Below the pieces are notes generated by a model. The model searched no databases, was not told the origin of the DNA, and saw only the letters and a list, made by a program, of their open reading frames with translations. The translations under genes and the position numbers were made by a program. From assembly GCF_902713615.1 (NCBI RefSeq), contig NC_052164.1:92673377-92737376 (forward strand): 64,000 nucleotides of DNA. The letters run 5' to 3'. Source of the stretch: Scyliorhinus canicula. Its lineage: Eukaryota. This document shows, piece by piece, positions 1 through 12,479 of the stretch. Position 1 is the stretch's first letter. Every line of letters begins with the position of its first letter.

Positions 1-169
1 GAGGGAGTTAAGAAAATTGGTTTCTTCTTTTCTGCTGAAAACTTGCCTTTCTTCCAACAATACTTTACCGTCTACACAAAATGTAATCTATCAGATAATT
101 ACTTATTTTTACCTCCAGACTTCCATTTTTCCTTCTCTCCCAAGGGAAGCGTTTTCCATAAGAATGTAA

Positions 170-766
170 TAAATAGGAACAGGAACAGGAGTAGACCATT
201 TGGCCTTTCAAAACTGCTCTACTATTCAATATAATTATATCTGATCTTTTAACTCAACACCATCTTCCCAATTATTCCCCCATCCCTTAATTTCTGTCTT
301 GATGACTGAGCACCTACATTGGGGCATAGAACTCCAAAGATTTACAATCATCTGAGTGAAGAAATCTCTCCTAATTTTGGTCCTAAATTCTGAGGCTGTG
401 AGGCCTAGTTTTGGATTCTCAAGTGAGGGTAAACGGATCTACCTGGTCAAAACCCTTAAGAATTTTGTATGTTTCAATGAAATCACCTGTCATTCTTCTG
501 AAGTCCTCGTCTGCTCAATCTATCCTCAAAAAATAATGATCCCCCGGGCACGGTGGCGCAGTGGTTAGCACTGCTGCCTCACTGCGCCTAGGGCCCGGGT
601 TTGATCCCGGCCACAGGTCCCTGTCCGTATGGAGTTAGCACATTGTCCCCATGTCTGCGTGGATCTCACCCCACAAGCCAATGCAAGGTAGGTGGATTGG
701 CCACACTAAATTGCCCCTTAATTGGAAAAACCTTTAAAAACAATAACAATCCCCTCATCTGGGAAT
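170..766 (-). mobile_element. Old CR1-type LINE 3' fragment, interrupted by a SINE (546-740) and by an LTR at 767; continues at 2196-2345
   Basis: Resembles the other CR1 3' ends in this window; the sequence reads continuously across the 767-2195 insertion (cccctcatctgggaat | aagcctagtgaatctttgttgcact). Confidence 0.6.
546..740 (+). mobile_element. tRNA-derived V-SINE (HE1-like), short A-tailed subfamily
   Basis: gggcacggtggcgcagtggttagcactgctgcctc head with A/B-box-like motifs and ggtggattggcc...aaattgcccctta core, shared with many copies in the window. Confidence 0.85.
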
Positions 767-2195
767 TGTGATGAATGTAGGAATTTCAGAGATGGATTAT
801 GTCAGTGCAGTAAGGGTTAAACAGCTGGATTAGTGCATGTGTGTGACTGCTGCGATCATGTTTTAAAAGAAATCCTAGTTTAAAAGACAACAAAGGTTTT
901 GGGAGCCAGGGACGCAATTAAACCATCGTAGAAAGCTGGAGCGAATGCAGTTTTCTTTGGATTAAGGGCATTCCCTGTGGAGTAAATTAGATTTCAGCTT
1001 GGTAAGATGATGTTGTTACTGGGTGGAGCTCATCTTTCAGGTATCTTGCAGAAAGCAGGTCAATGGAGCTCTAGATGACACTGTGAACAAAAGTCAAGCT
1101 GTTTGCTCTCACTGCGGTTCAATTACAAGAGATTAACAGCCTTTCCAAGCAATGCAGACCTGTCTGAAAATAAGGGGAGATGAAACAAGCTGAGAAGCAT
1201 CTTCTGAAGACATACATCCAGAGTTTCTGTGTGGTTCTGACAGGATTCAGGACTTTTCTTTAAAGCAGTGGCAGAAGATCTTTCTTTCTCAAAGAACATC
1301 TCTGTGCAACAGGTATTCCTATGTGCTAATGGTATTGATTGATTGATTGATTTGATTTATTGTCACATGTACCGAAGTACAGTGATAAGCATTTTTCTGC
1401 GGCCGAGGGAACGTACACAGTACATACATAGTAGACAAAAGAATAATCAACAGAGAACATTGACAAATGGTACATCGACAAACAATGGTTGGTTACAGTG
1501 TGGAACAAGGCACCAAACAAAGCAGCATGAGCAAGAGCAGCATAGGGTGTTTTGAATAGTGTTCTTACAGGGATCAGATCAGTCCAAGGGGGAGTCGTTG
1601 AGGAGTCTTGTAGCTGTGGGAAGAAGCTGTTCCTATGTCTGGATGTGCGAGTCTTCAGACTTCTGTACCTTTTGCCTGATGGAAGGGTCTGGAAGAAGGA
1701 AATACCTGGGTGGGATGGGTCTCTGATAATGCTGTCTGCCTTCCTGAGGCAGCGGGAGAAGTATACAGAATCAATGTGGGGGTGGTAAGCTTGTGCGATG
1801 CATTGGGCTGAGTTCACCACAGTCTGCAGTTTCTTGCGCTGATGGATCGAGCAGTTGCCATACCGGTCTGTGATGCAGCCGGCTGATTGAGAACTGCGAT
1901 TGTTTTTCTTGTTGTTTGAGTGGGAATAAAGATAGCCGTTAAAGGTATTGTATTCACTTTATTGAGCAGCATTGCTTAAGGGGTAATTGTAGCTATTTTC
2001 TCATGTGACGTTAAAGATATTTTAATACTGTGTTGGTAATAAAATTTGTTTTAAAATACCATATCCCTATTTCATTCTGCATTCACTCCTGGAGTGAGGT
2101 ATCTTTTCCTCACAGTCTTACAAAATTAAAATAACACATTGGGGTTTCTGTCCAGTATGCTAGTCACTGTTGGGGTCTGGTCTGAGATCATAATA
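767..2195 (+). mobile_element. Probable solo LTR inserted into the CR1 fragment
   Basis: Starts TGTGATG, ends ...gatcataata (degenerate ...TAACA end), has AATAAA near 2038, and is flanked by a 4-bp direct repeat GAAT (763-766 and 2196-2199). Confidence 0.6.
1335..1885 (-). mobile_element. Rex/Babar-type LINE 3' fragment nested in the LTR
   Basis: Minus ORF 1326-1820 contains IIRDPSHPG...LPSGKRYRSLKTRTSRHRNSFFP, typical of the Rex1/Babar ORF C-terminus; (CAAT)n microsatellite tail at about 1335-1356. Confidence 0.8.
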
Positions 2196-2409
2196 GAATA
2201 AGCCTAGTGAATCTTTGTTGCACTACCCCAAGCAAGTATAGCTATCCTTATAAAGAGACCAAATTAGTACATAGCATCACCAAGGCCCTAAACAACTGCA
2301 GGAAGACTTCTTCACTCTTGTACTCTAATCCCTTTGTAATAACGACTGGCGTCTGACTTTCTCTTTCATTAGTTTATTGTGTTGCAAGGATGTGCTTTTT
2401 GAAGACAAT

Positions 2410-3158
2410 GGGCGCGATTCTCCCAAACAGGGAGAAATCGTAAGGCTGGCGTCAAAAACGGGCGGGTTTGACGCCAGCCTCCCCCCCCCCCCCCCCCCCC
2501 CCCCCCCCGACCGGGAACAGACTCTGGTGTCCGGTCGGGGCTAGCATGCCACGGCCGTGAACTCCGGCATCGCGGGCTTAACGAATTTCGTTAAGCCCGC
2601 TTGCCAGAGTTTGCGCCGGCTGACCCGTCACATGACGTCAGCCGCTCATGCGCAGATTGGAAGACTCCAACCCGCGCATGCGCGGATGACGTCATCGCGC
2701 ATTTGCGCGAAACCCGCGCATGCGCGGGCCGGGATGCCCCTCTGCCGCCCCGCTGTATCAATTCGCGGGGCGGCGGAAGGACAAAGAGTGCGCGGGAATC
2801 GGACCCGCTGCCCGCGATCGGTGCCCACCGATCGCGGGCCCATGGCACCCTTGGCACGGCCATGGTACTGCCGTGCCAATCGGTGCCATGGATGCCAAGA
2901 TCGGGACTTTACGGCCGTTTTTATGAACGGCCAGACCAGGTGTGTTTGCCGTTCGTAAAAACGGCCGTAAAGGGCTTGGAATTTGGCCCATCGGCCAGCT
3001 GTGAATCGCTGCTCGCCGTAAAAAAAACGGCAGCAGCGATTCGTGTCGGGAGTCGGGCATGGGGGGGGAATAGCGGGAGGGCGTCGGACTAGCGTGGCCA
3101 TAAAAATTTACGACCCCCGCTATTCTCCGCACCGTCGTAAGTGTGGAGAATTGCGCCC
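2410..3158. mobile_element. GC/CpG-rich non-autonomous DNA transposon (MITE, possibly PIF/Harbinger-like)
   Basis: Terminal inverted repeats GGGCGCGATTCTCC ... GGAGAATTGCGCCC, flanking direct repeat ACAAT, internal palindromes and a poly-C run. Confidence 0.75.
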
Positions 3159-3878
3159 ACAATTTCTAATTCTTCTTTTTCTGGATGGATTTTTTTAAAA
3201 ACTAAGACCCTATACAGACAATGGGGAAACTGTCCAGACTGCAGAAATGTACAATTTCACATTCCACCAAGTGGGATGAAGACAGATACCCAATTCATTA
3301 GGGACTGCGAAATACCCCATTCCCGTTGATTCACGCCACCCTGAAATTTTTGAAATGCTTCTGAGCTGAGACATGAAAATGCAATTATCTGTTCTGAAAC
3401 AATAACTGCAGCAGACAAGAAGCAGTAGAATGTTTCTGGGATATACAATCAGTGAAGTACTTCAAGGTGGAGAAGGAAAAAAAAGACAATGCTATAATTA
3501 TCATGGGCAGATTGTCGCTCTGAGCCCTCTCTGTGTCCTTTCTCTAGGAAATGCTATGCCCAATTTGCAAAGTGACTATCCTGAAAAAAAAGGCTGACTG
3601 TGAACTGAGCTCTGAAAGAAAATGTGGAAGTCTGCTCCATACATCTCACCCAGGAGGGCTGCTAAACAAAACAGTTGCAACATTGAACCACCACATGGAG
3701 TTAACCCAAGGAGCAGCTCACCACACTGCTTTGTTTTGTATTTCATAAACTGTAAAATTCTTATTAACCTATTTTTTTACTCTGCCTCTGTATTTGTGTA
3801 TCTGTGGGTCCATAATAATGATGGTTATGTTTTACCTGGTCCTTTTTGTAGCTCAGGAAAGAGTTTCAATAAACTTAA

Positions 3879-4094
3879 TGTGGTGATACAACCACTGTAT
3901 ATATGTGTGCTTGCAGTAGGGGGATGTATGGCCGTACCTGTAATACAGGTTTCTCCATATAAATATGTGTATAAATATGGGCTAGCTTCACTGAGATACT
4001 ATTCTACAGCTGCCACTGGAGGAATAGCATCTCACAGCAATAAAGCCTCTCTTGTACTTCACTCGAGTCTTTGTGTGCAATTGTTAGCGCCACA
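3879..4094 (+). mobile_element. Solo LTR related to the Gypsy LTRs at 8638 and 12875
   Basis: TGTGGT...CA termini; shares gtataaatatg, cagctg, AATAAAGCCTC and gtctttgtg(tg)caattg blocks with the Gypsy LTRs; flanked by near-TSD CTTAA/CTTAC. Confidence 0.75.
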
Positions 4095-5077
4095 CTTACC
4101 TTGTTCTTTGTTTAATTTAAGTAAACCTGTCTGAATAATTATTTACAACCTCAAAATAGTGGAACACCTTTCAAAATCGGAGAAGCACATACTCTCTAAA
4201 TTGTCCTAAAATCCCTGTTGAAGTCAAACGTGCAGGGGGAGAATAGGGGAGTCATTTCACCTTTTTCATATGCTCATAACAATGAAACAATGAACATCAC
4301 TCTCTTCTTTCATGTACATTTCCAATGCTCTATCTTGCCAGCTCATCCCCACCACTGTATTGAAATCTGACCCCACAGACAATATCTCATTCTCATTCTT
4401 TCCTGGGACCTTGAAACTGTTCACCTTCAATTACAAACTTTTAAAGCCGAGTTTGGTGTCGATTGAATGATGCTTTAATTTACCTTCCCAGTTACTGTTT
4501 CATCCGGGTGGTTCTCTCTCTCGATTTATCAGTAAGATTGTTTGTAGAGGTAATGCTGCTGTTTTCAGCACTCCAAATTCTAAAGGAAGCTGGCATTCAG
4601 GAACCCAACAGTACATGACAGTGACTGTCATTGCACTCCATTGATTGTCCCTCATACAGATATGGAGTTTAGCTGGAGGCTATGAAGCTGAAGGCAGTTA
4701 GTAATGTAAACATATTTATTGGAACAGTCCCTGCTTCCATTGCCAATGTCTGATGAATTAGCCCACTGAGATGACAATTGTTAATTGCAATCGACCAACT
4801 GTCGCCCCAATAGCAAAATCGGCAAAGTCGTCTGGAGAGGAGGGATGGGAGAATAAATAAAACACAGGACAATTTCTCATCTGAGGCTGGGTTCAAATCC
4901 ATCCAGTCATAGCATAAAACTGGTTTGCTTTGGTATTGATTGGCCTTACATGGAAAATCTGTTCATACAGACTTCAGAATAACTTGGGTAGCAAATGTTA
5001 CACAGGTGTTAAGACATTTTGTCGAGGTTCAGTAAAGAAAGCTCTATTCTGTATCTAATTATGTTAAACTTGATTTG

Positions 5078-5272
5078 TCCAAAGATGTGCGGGTTAGGTG
5101 GATTGGCCATGCTAAATTGCCCGTAGTGTCCTAATAAAAGTAAGGTTAAGGGGGGGCTTGTTGGGTTACGGGTATAGGGTGGATATGTAGGTTTGAGTAG
5201 GGTGATCATGGCTCGGCACAACATTGAGGGCCGAAGGGCCTGTTCTGTGCTGTACTGTTCTATGTTCTATGA
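5078..5272 (+). mobile_element. 5'-truncated V-SINE, long-tail subfamily ending in (TTCTATG)n
   Basis: Nearly identical to the tails at 48965-49160 and 57950-58143. Confidence 0.85.
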
Positions 5273-6469
5273 CTGTACTTAATGCTGATATTTGGTTGCT
5301 GCAATGGAAAGTGATGCACTAACATTTTTCACCAAAATTACCTGATTAAATATCTTTCCAGACAATTCACCGGGTGGCAATGGTCTTTCACCAGTTTTAT
5401 AACCACAGAAATCAGCTTGTCTCATTCAAATATACAGTGAGGTTTGAGTGCCTGCTAAACCAATGATGTGGTAATGTTATTTAATGCTGTTATTCAATAG
5501 TGTCATCTGAGACCTGTCTGCATTGTAAGGGAAATAACTTCCACAGTTAGTCACTCCATCTGGTTTAGTAATTTGTGACATAATAGTTTCATCTTTAAAT
5601 GTTGTGACTATACTCGAGCTTCTGAAGTTCAACTTTGGCTTCTGTACAACTTGCTCTAAAACCAACGATGAATCTGAACTTGGGATTTTCTGAATTGATT
5701 CAGGGTGCCAAAAACAAAGTTGGAAAAATGATACCACAGGTAAAACTGTTGCACAAATAGGATCAACATCACCATAGAATATAAACAGTGCAATAAAGTT
5801 TCATTTCACTGTTACGGTCAAAATTTTCAAAAAAGCAAACACATATGTGGATACCTTGTGTTCATCGTGATTAATGTTGTATGGCCCAGAATAAGCATGC
5901 CAGCTTGTTTTAACCCAAATCATCTTAATGTCATGTGATCTAACCTCTTGGTTCAGACATTGCAAAGGTTAGTTAAACACAATTATTGGAGAAGTGCCGC
6001 TACCTGACACAATGGGCCTGAATTTGCCAGGGCATGTAAAGACTTGCCCTTGCATGTTCAGGTTCATTAATGCTTTACTTGGCAAGTTGGTAGAGGTGAA
6101 AGCTGATAACATTGCAGCGAGGGACAGAGGTCGTCTGGGACCTGGGGTGAACAGCGCAAACAACTGTGTGTCTCCTTAACCTATCAGATTGAAGGATTGC
6201 GAAATCAACCTTGCAAGAACTGAGACAGAGTGCAAGTTAGATTGGGACAAATTCAATTTTAGATCAGAACATGCAATAAATTTGAGGGGAAATGTCGAGA
6301 TTAGGAGAGCGGGAGAGAGGAGCGACAGAAAGGAAAAATCAAACAAAAATAAATTTTGACATTTTTTAAATCTCCAACAAAAATTCAGACCTGTATGAAT
6401 GAGACTCTCTTTGTGTGACAGTTAATTAATTGTGTCAGAAATGTACTGGCTGTAATGACAGAGCAACTT

Positions 6470-7085
6470 GGAAATAGGAACAGGATTAGGTTGTTCAGTG
6501 CTATTCAATTAGGTCAAGGCTGATCTATCTCAAACCGTTTTCCCAAACTACCCCATATCCCTTGGTATTTTTAATATCTAGAAATCTTTTTCCTGAATAG
6601 ACTCAATGACTAAGCCTCCCCGGGCCTCTGGGTTAGAGAATTCCAAAGATTCACCACCTTCTGAGTGAAGAAATTCATCCACATCTCAGAACTAAATGAC
6701 CTACCCTTTATTCTGAGATGGTATCCCCTAGTTCTAGCCCCCTGGCCAGGGGAAACATCCATCTGCATCTACCTAGCTACTTCTTTTAAAACATCTGACA
6801 GGTTTGGCAAACATGATTTCCCTTCCATAAATCCACATTGACACTGCCCAATCCTACCATTTATTCTAAGTCTCCAATTATTACATCCTTTATAATAGAT
6901 TCTAGCATTTCCCCTAGTAATGCAGTCAGGCTAACAGGTCAGTGGTTCCCTGTTTTCTCCTCCCTTGCCTTTCTTAAATAGTGGCGTGACATTTGCTACC
7001 TTCCAATCCGCAGGAACCATTCCAGAACCTACAGAATTTTGGAAGATAGTCACCAATGCATCCACTATCTCCATAGCTACATCTT
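6470..7085 (-). mobile_element. CR1-type LINE fragments
   Basis: Similar to the reverse complement of the CR1 3' regions elsewhere in the window (ggttagagaattccaaagattcaccacc..., aggctaacaggtcagtggttccctg). Confidence 0.6.
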
Positions 7086-7089
7086 TTTA

Positions 7090-7282
7090 AGGGGCTGTTT
7101 AGCACAGGGCTAAATCGCTGGCTTTGAAAGCAGACCAAGTAGGCCAGCAGCACGGTTCGATTCCCATAACCGCCTCCCCGAACAGGCGCCGGAATGTGGC
7201 GACTAGGGGCTTTTCACAGTAACTTCATTTGAACCCTACTCGTGACAATAAGTGATATTCATTCATTTTCATTTCATTTCAT
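7090..7282 (+). mobile_element. Short SINE family (gggctggtttagcacagggctaaatcgctgg...) with (CATTT)n tail; other copies at 22470-22635(-), 45102-45278(+) and 62785-62937(+)
   Basis: Four similar copies in the window; the 3' end (ccgaacaggcgccggaatgtggcgactaggggcttttcacagtaacttcatt) is shared with one V-SINE subfamily. Confidence 0.75.
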
Positions 7283-8637
7283 TCAACAGTCTGGGATTAA
7301 CACTTATCATTTGATAAAAGGGCACTTAGACTAAAATGGGAGCGAACATTCTGTGATGTTATGTTGTATCAACTATGCTAACAGAGCAACTTCATGCTGT
7401 TCAATGGTGAGCCAGGCAGCAAAGATGCTGATTTCTCAAAGCTGACAGGGGAGCAGCACATCCCTGACAGAAACTGTTGCATTTCCATGTTTAACGTAGC
7501 ATTTGCCTCAACTCAAGTTGCCGCAGCATTTTGCCAAACTCAACTCTCTTGAGTGTCTGTAAATAACGGCGAGTGTTATTAGACTCACAACCATTATCGA
7601 CCACAACAGACTCATGTGCTAGAGAGAGATGAACAAACAATCTTAGAAATGAGGTCAGGGGAGATGCTTAAAATACAGCCTAAGGGGGAGAGCACTTGGC
7701 TGACACATCACATTCCGACACGCTATGTACTATGATTGAAATCTGATGACGCACAACGTCTGCTGTGTCAGTCCAGAATAATGCTCAGATATTTTACCCA
7801 CAGCTAAAGAAGCTGGCCACTCCTGTTGCAGTTTCCCACTTATTTAGACCACGACGATTTCAGTTTTCTAACCTATTTTTAATTTTAGTACCGATGCTTT
7901 CAATTTTTCCCCCTGGGAATTGCATTAGCCACAGCGGAGAGGGGGGAGTTGACAGCCTGTGCCCAAAATGTGTCAGCGTCACTCGGAATCAGTTGCCAGG
8001 AGACAGGCAAGAACAGCCCAAAGATTCTTCCTTCGCCATCTGGCAATCTTCAGATTCTGATGACGACATAAGAGACTCGGGTTGCAATTTCAAATGTTAT
8101 TATATACCATCGGGACACCATGTTTGTTTTAAACAAAAACAACTTGCATATATGTATAGTAACAACACAATAAAACGCCTTAAGGTTACAAAGGTTATCA
8201 AACAGATTTGGGCTCTGAACAACAGAAGTAGATATCGGCTAGATGACCAAAAGCTCGGCCAAACAGGTACGTTTCAAGGAACATCCTGACGGAGGAGCAA
8301 TAGATAAAGAGGTCGAGAGGTCTAAGAAAGGAATTCCAGAACTTCGGGCCTTGGCAGCTGGAGGCACAAACACCAATGGTGGAGACATTCAAATCGGGAC
8401 TGCTCAAGAGGCCAAAATTTGGCAGAGCGCAGCGATCTCAGGTGGCTTTGGGGCTGGACATCACAGACATCGGGAGAAGCGAGGCCATGGAGAGATTTGC
8501 AAACAAGGATAAGAATTTCAAAATCAAGGTGCTGTTTAACTGGAAGTCAATGTCAATAGTAAGCTAACAGGGGAACAGCACATTGCTGTCATCTCTTGGA
8601 TTTGTGAAGGGGACTAACACATTCCCAATGCAACCTG

Positions 8638-8860
8638 TGTGGTAGTAACCACTGCTGTATATATTAGGGTATGTATGGTAAGGCCCTACAGATACAGGGG
8701 TAGTCCCTGCCTGCTGGGTCTGCCCAGTAGGCAGAGTATAAATATGTCTGCTCCCCGTACAGCAACCATTTCACCAGCTGCTGTAGGAGGTCACACATCT
8801 TAGTGTAATAAAGCCTCAGTTGTATTCAACTCTTGTCTTTGTGCAATTGATCGTGCATCA
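8638..8860 (+). repeat. 5' LTR of the Gypsy element
   Basis: Direct repeat of 12875-13107; contains TATAAAT and AATAAA. Confidence 0.95.
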
Positions 8861-8886
8861 ATTTATTACACTAAAGTTTTCAGAAG

Positions 8887-11800
8887 GTGGACCTCCGCAT
8901 CAAGCCAGATCGCCTGCAGCTGGATCCGCAATCAAGCAACGCCAAAAAAGACTTTGAACACTGGCTAGCTTGTTTCGAAGCTTACATCAGGTATGCACCA
9001 GACCCAATTCCGGAAGCTCAGAAGATCCAGATCCTCTACACTCGGCTGAGCTCCAGCGTATTTCCGCTTATCCAGGACGCGCCAACCTACGATGAAGCCA
9101 TAGCGCTACTGAAAGAGAATTAAGCTCAGCGGACTAACATGCTTTACCCCAGGCACATCCTCCCAACTTGTAGTCAACTCCCTGGTGAGTCAATAGAAGA
9201 TTTCTGGCGTGCCCTAATTCCCCTGGTCACACACTGTGACTGTAAGGCTGTCACGGCCACGGAACACTCGAATTTACTCATGCGGGACGCTTTCGTTATG
9301 GGGATTGCGTCAGATCACATCTGCCAGCGACTTTTAGAGGGGTCCACGCTCGACCTCACGGCAACCAAAAAGCTGCCGCTATCGATGACGGTCGCCTCGC
9401 GCAATATCCAGGCCTACACCCCCGGCCACGCGGCCCACCGCTCCTACGCATCGTGGACCCCGCAGGCGGCCGCCCCATCGGGGACCCCACTCAGCCAACC
9501 CTACGCCTGTGCCACACGCCACCCAGCAAACCCCGGGGGGCCCCAGATGTTACTTCCGTGGGCAGCCAAAACTCCCCCGCCAATGCTGCCCGGCCCGGAG
9601 CGCCCTTTGCAAGGCCTGCGGCAAAAAGGGGCACTTCGCTGTGGTGTGCCAGGCTGGCTCAGTCATCACTAGCGCTCTGAACCCCCCCCCGCGTACGGAC
9701 AGTGGGCGCCGCCATCTTCCCCTCCCCAGGCCACGTGCTGCCCATGGGCGCTGCCATCTTGTTCAACCCCCGCCACGTGCGGCCCATGGACGCCGCCATC
9801 TTGTCCTCCTCAGGATCATCAGGCGCTGCCATCTTGTCTCCCCCATAGCACGTGGGCGCCACCATCGTTCCAGGACCCGTGCCCCCCGGGCACCCCATTG
9901 TCTGACACCAGCGATGACCAGCCGCGGCTCACCTCGATCACGATCGACCAGTCTCGCCCGCAAAATCTAGCAGCCACCTCCACAAGCGTGAAGATCGATA
10001 GGCACGAGATCTCCTGTCCGCTGGACTCCGGGAGCACCGAGAGCTTCATACATCCCGATACGGTAAGGTGCTGCTCCCTCGCGGTACACCCCACCAATCA
10101 GAGAATCTCTCTGACCTCCGGGTTCCACTCCGTGGCGATCCGGGGGTACTGCATAGCCACGCTCACTATCCAGGGCGTAGAGTTCAGCGGCTTCCGCCTC
10201 TATGTCCTCCCCAACCTCTGCCCTGCTACTCGGCCTGGACTTCCAGTGTAATCTCCAGAGCCTAACATTGAAATCCGGCGGGCCCCTACCACCCCTTACT
10301 GTGTGCGGCCTTCGCGGCCCTAAAGGTCGACCCACCTTCCCTATTCGCAAACCTAACCCCGGATTGCAAACCCGTCGCCACCAGGAGCAGACGGTACAGC
10401 ACCCAGGACAGGACCTTCATCAGGTCCGAGATCCAGCGGCTGCTTCGGGAAGGAATCATCGAGGCCAGCAGCAGCCCCTGGAGAGCCCAAGTGGTAGTGG
10501 TGAAAACGGAGTAGAAACACAGAATGGTCGTGGACTACAGCCAGACCATCAATCGGTACACGCAGCTCGACGCGTACTCCTCCAACGCATATCTGATATG
10601 GTCAATCAGATTGCACAGGACCGGGTCTTCTCAACTGTAGACCTAAAATCCGCCTACCACCAGCTCCCCATCCGTAAGGCGGACCGCCCATACACTGCCT
10701 TCAAGGCAGATGGCCACCTCTACCATTTTCTCTTCGGCGTCACCAACGGGGTCTCGGTCTTCAAAAGGGAGATGGACCAAATGGTCGACCGGTCCGGGCT
10801 ACAGGCCACTTCTCCTTACCTAGACAATGTCACCATCTGCGGCCACGATCAGTAGGACCATGATGCCAACCTTGCCAAATTTCTCCGCAACGCCACTCTC
10901 CTAAACCTAATTTATAACAAGGAGAAGTGCGTATTCAGCACAAACCGCTTAGCCAGCCTCGGCTATGTGGTTCAGAATAGAGTTCTGGGGCCCGACCCCG
11001 ACCGCATGCGCCCCCTCATGGAACACCCCCTCCCCCACTGCCCCAAGGCCCTCAAACGCTGCCTGGGGTTCTTTTCTTACTATGCCCAGTTGGTCCCAAA
11101 TTATGCGGACAAGGCCCGCCCACTCATCCAGTCCACCCTTTTCCCCCTGACAGCCGAGGCTCAACAGGCCTTCAACCGTATTAGGGCCGACATCGCCAAG
11201 GCTGCGATGCACGCAGTCGACGAGACGTTACCCTTTCAAGTGGAGAGCGACGCATCAGACGTCGCTCTTGCCGCCACGCTCAACCAGGCAAGCAGGCCCG
11301 TGGCATTCTTTTCCCACACCCTTCATGCCTCTGAAATTCGGCACTCCGCCATTGAAAAAGAGGCCCAGGCCATCGTTGAAGCTGTGCGGTAAGCTCAGCG
11401 AACCCTCAATGCCCTATCCCGAGGTACATGTGCCAGCGCACTGGTGGACCGACTCCGGACTCTGCACGACAACCTTTGTCACCCGGGAGTCACACAGTTG
11501 TACAACTTCATTAAGGCCCACAATCTGCCCTACTCTGTCGAGGAAGTCAGGGCCATCACCAGAGACTGCCAGCTCTGTGCGGAGTGCAGACCGCACTTCT
11601 ACCGGCCGGACCGTGCGCGCCTGGTGTAGGCCTCTGCCCCTTTGAACGCCTTAGCGTGGACTTCAAAGGGCCCCTCCCCTCCACCGACCGGAACACGTAT
11701 TTCCTCAGTGTGGTCGATGAGTACTCCAGATTCCCCTTCGCCATCCCATGTCCCGACATGACGTCTGCCATCGTCATCAAAGCCCTCAACACCACCTTCG

Positions 11801-12420
11801 CTCTGTTCGGCTTCCCTGCCTACATCCACAGTGACAGTGGATCCTCATTCATGAGCGATGAGCTGCGTCAGTTCCCGCTCCACAAGGGTATCGCCTCGAG
11901 CAGGACGACCAGGTATAACCCCCGGGGAAACGGACAGGTGGAGAGGGAGAACGGGACGCTCTGGAGGGCCGTCCAGCTGGCCCTATGGTCCAGAAATCTC
12001 CCGCTGGCAGGAGGTCCTCCCCGATGCACTGCACTCCATTCGGTCGCTCCTATGCACTGCGACTAACGACACACCCCATGAACGTCTCTTTGCCTTCCCC
12101 AGGAAGTCCACCTCTGGGGTGTCGTTCCCAACTTGGCTCGCAGCTCCAGGACCCGTACTCCTCTGTAAGCACGTACAACTACACAAGGCGGACCCGTTGG
12201 TGAAAAGGGTGCAGTTACTCCATGCCAACCCCCAGTACGCCTACGTAGCGTACCCTGACGGCTGCCAAGATACTGTCTCTCTCAGGGACCTGGCACCAGC
12301 AGGTTCCACACACACACATCCCCCCCAGCCTGGCGCCACCCTCCCTTCCCCTGGCCCACCCAGCAGCAACCCCCCCAGGACCATCCGTCCTCCCCCTGCC
12401 CACGCCCGAGGATGAAGAGG
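8887..12420 (+). pseudogene. Disrupted gag-pol of the Gypsy element
   Basis: Gag N-terminus (KPDRLQLDP...FEHWLACF); zinc knuckle CKACGKKGHFAVVC; protease LDSGS (about 10021); RT motifs DLKSAYHQ and YLDN; RNase H ESDASD; integrase HHCC and DFKGP/HSDSG/NGQVER. The start codon is GTG and there are several stops and frameshifts. Confidence 0.93.
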
Positions 12421-12479
12421 ATCTAGGCATGCTCCCAGAGTCACCAAGGACCCGACTGACGCCAGAATCTTACGCCACA

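Noticed and set aside
2557-3162. Several overlapping 90-160 aa ORFs on both strands
   Set aside because: They result from high GC content and palindromes in the MITE; no recognisable protein.
7765-8289. 174-aa ORF
   Set aside because: GTG start, no recognisable domain, and its 3' part runs into degraded repeat sequence.
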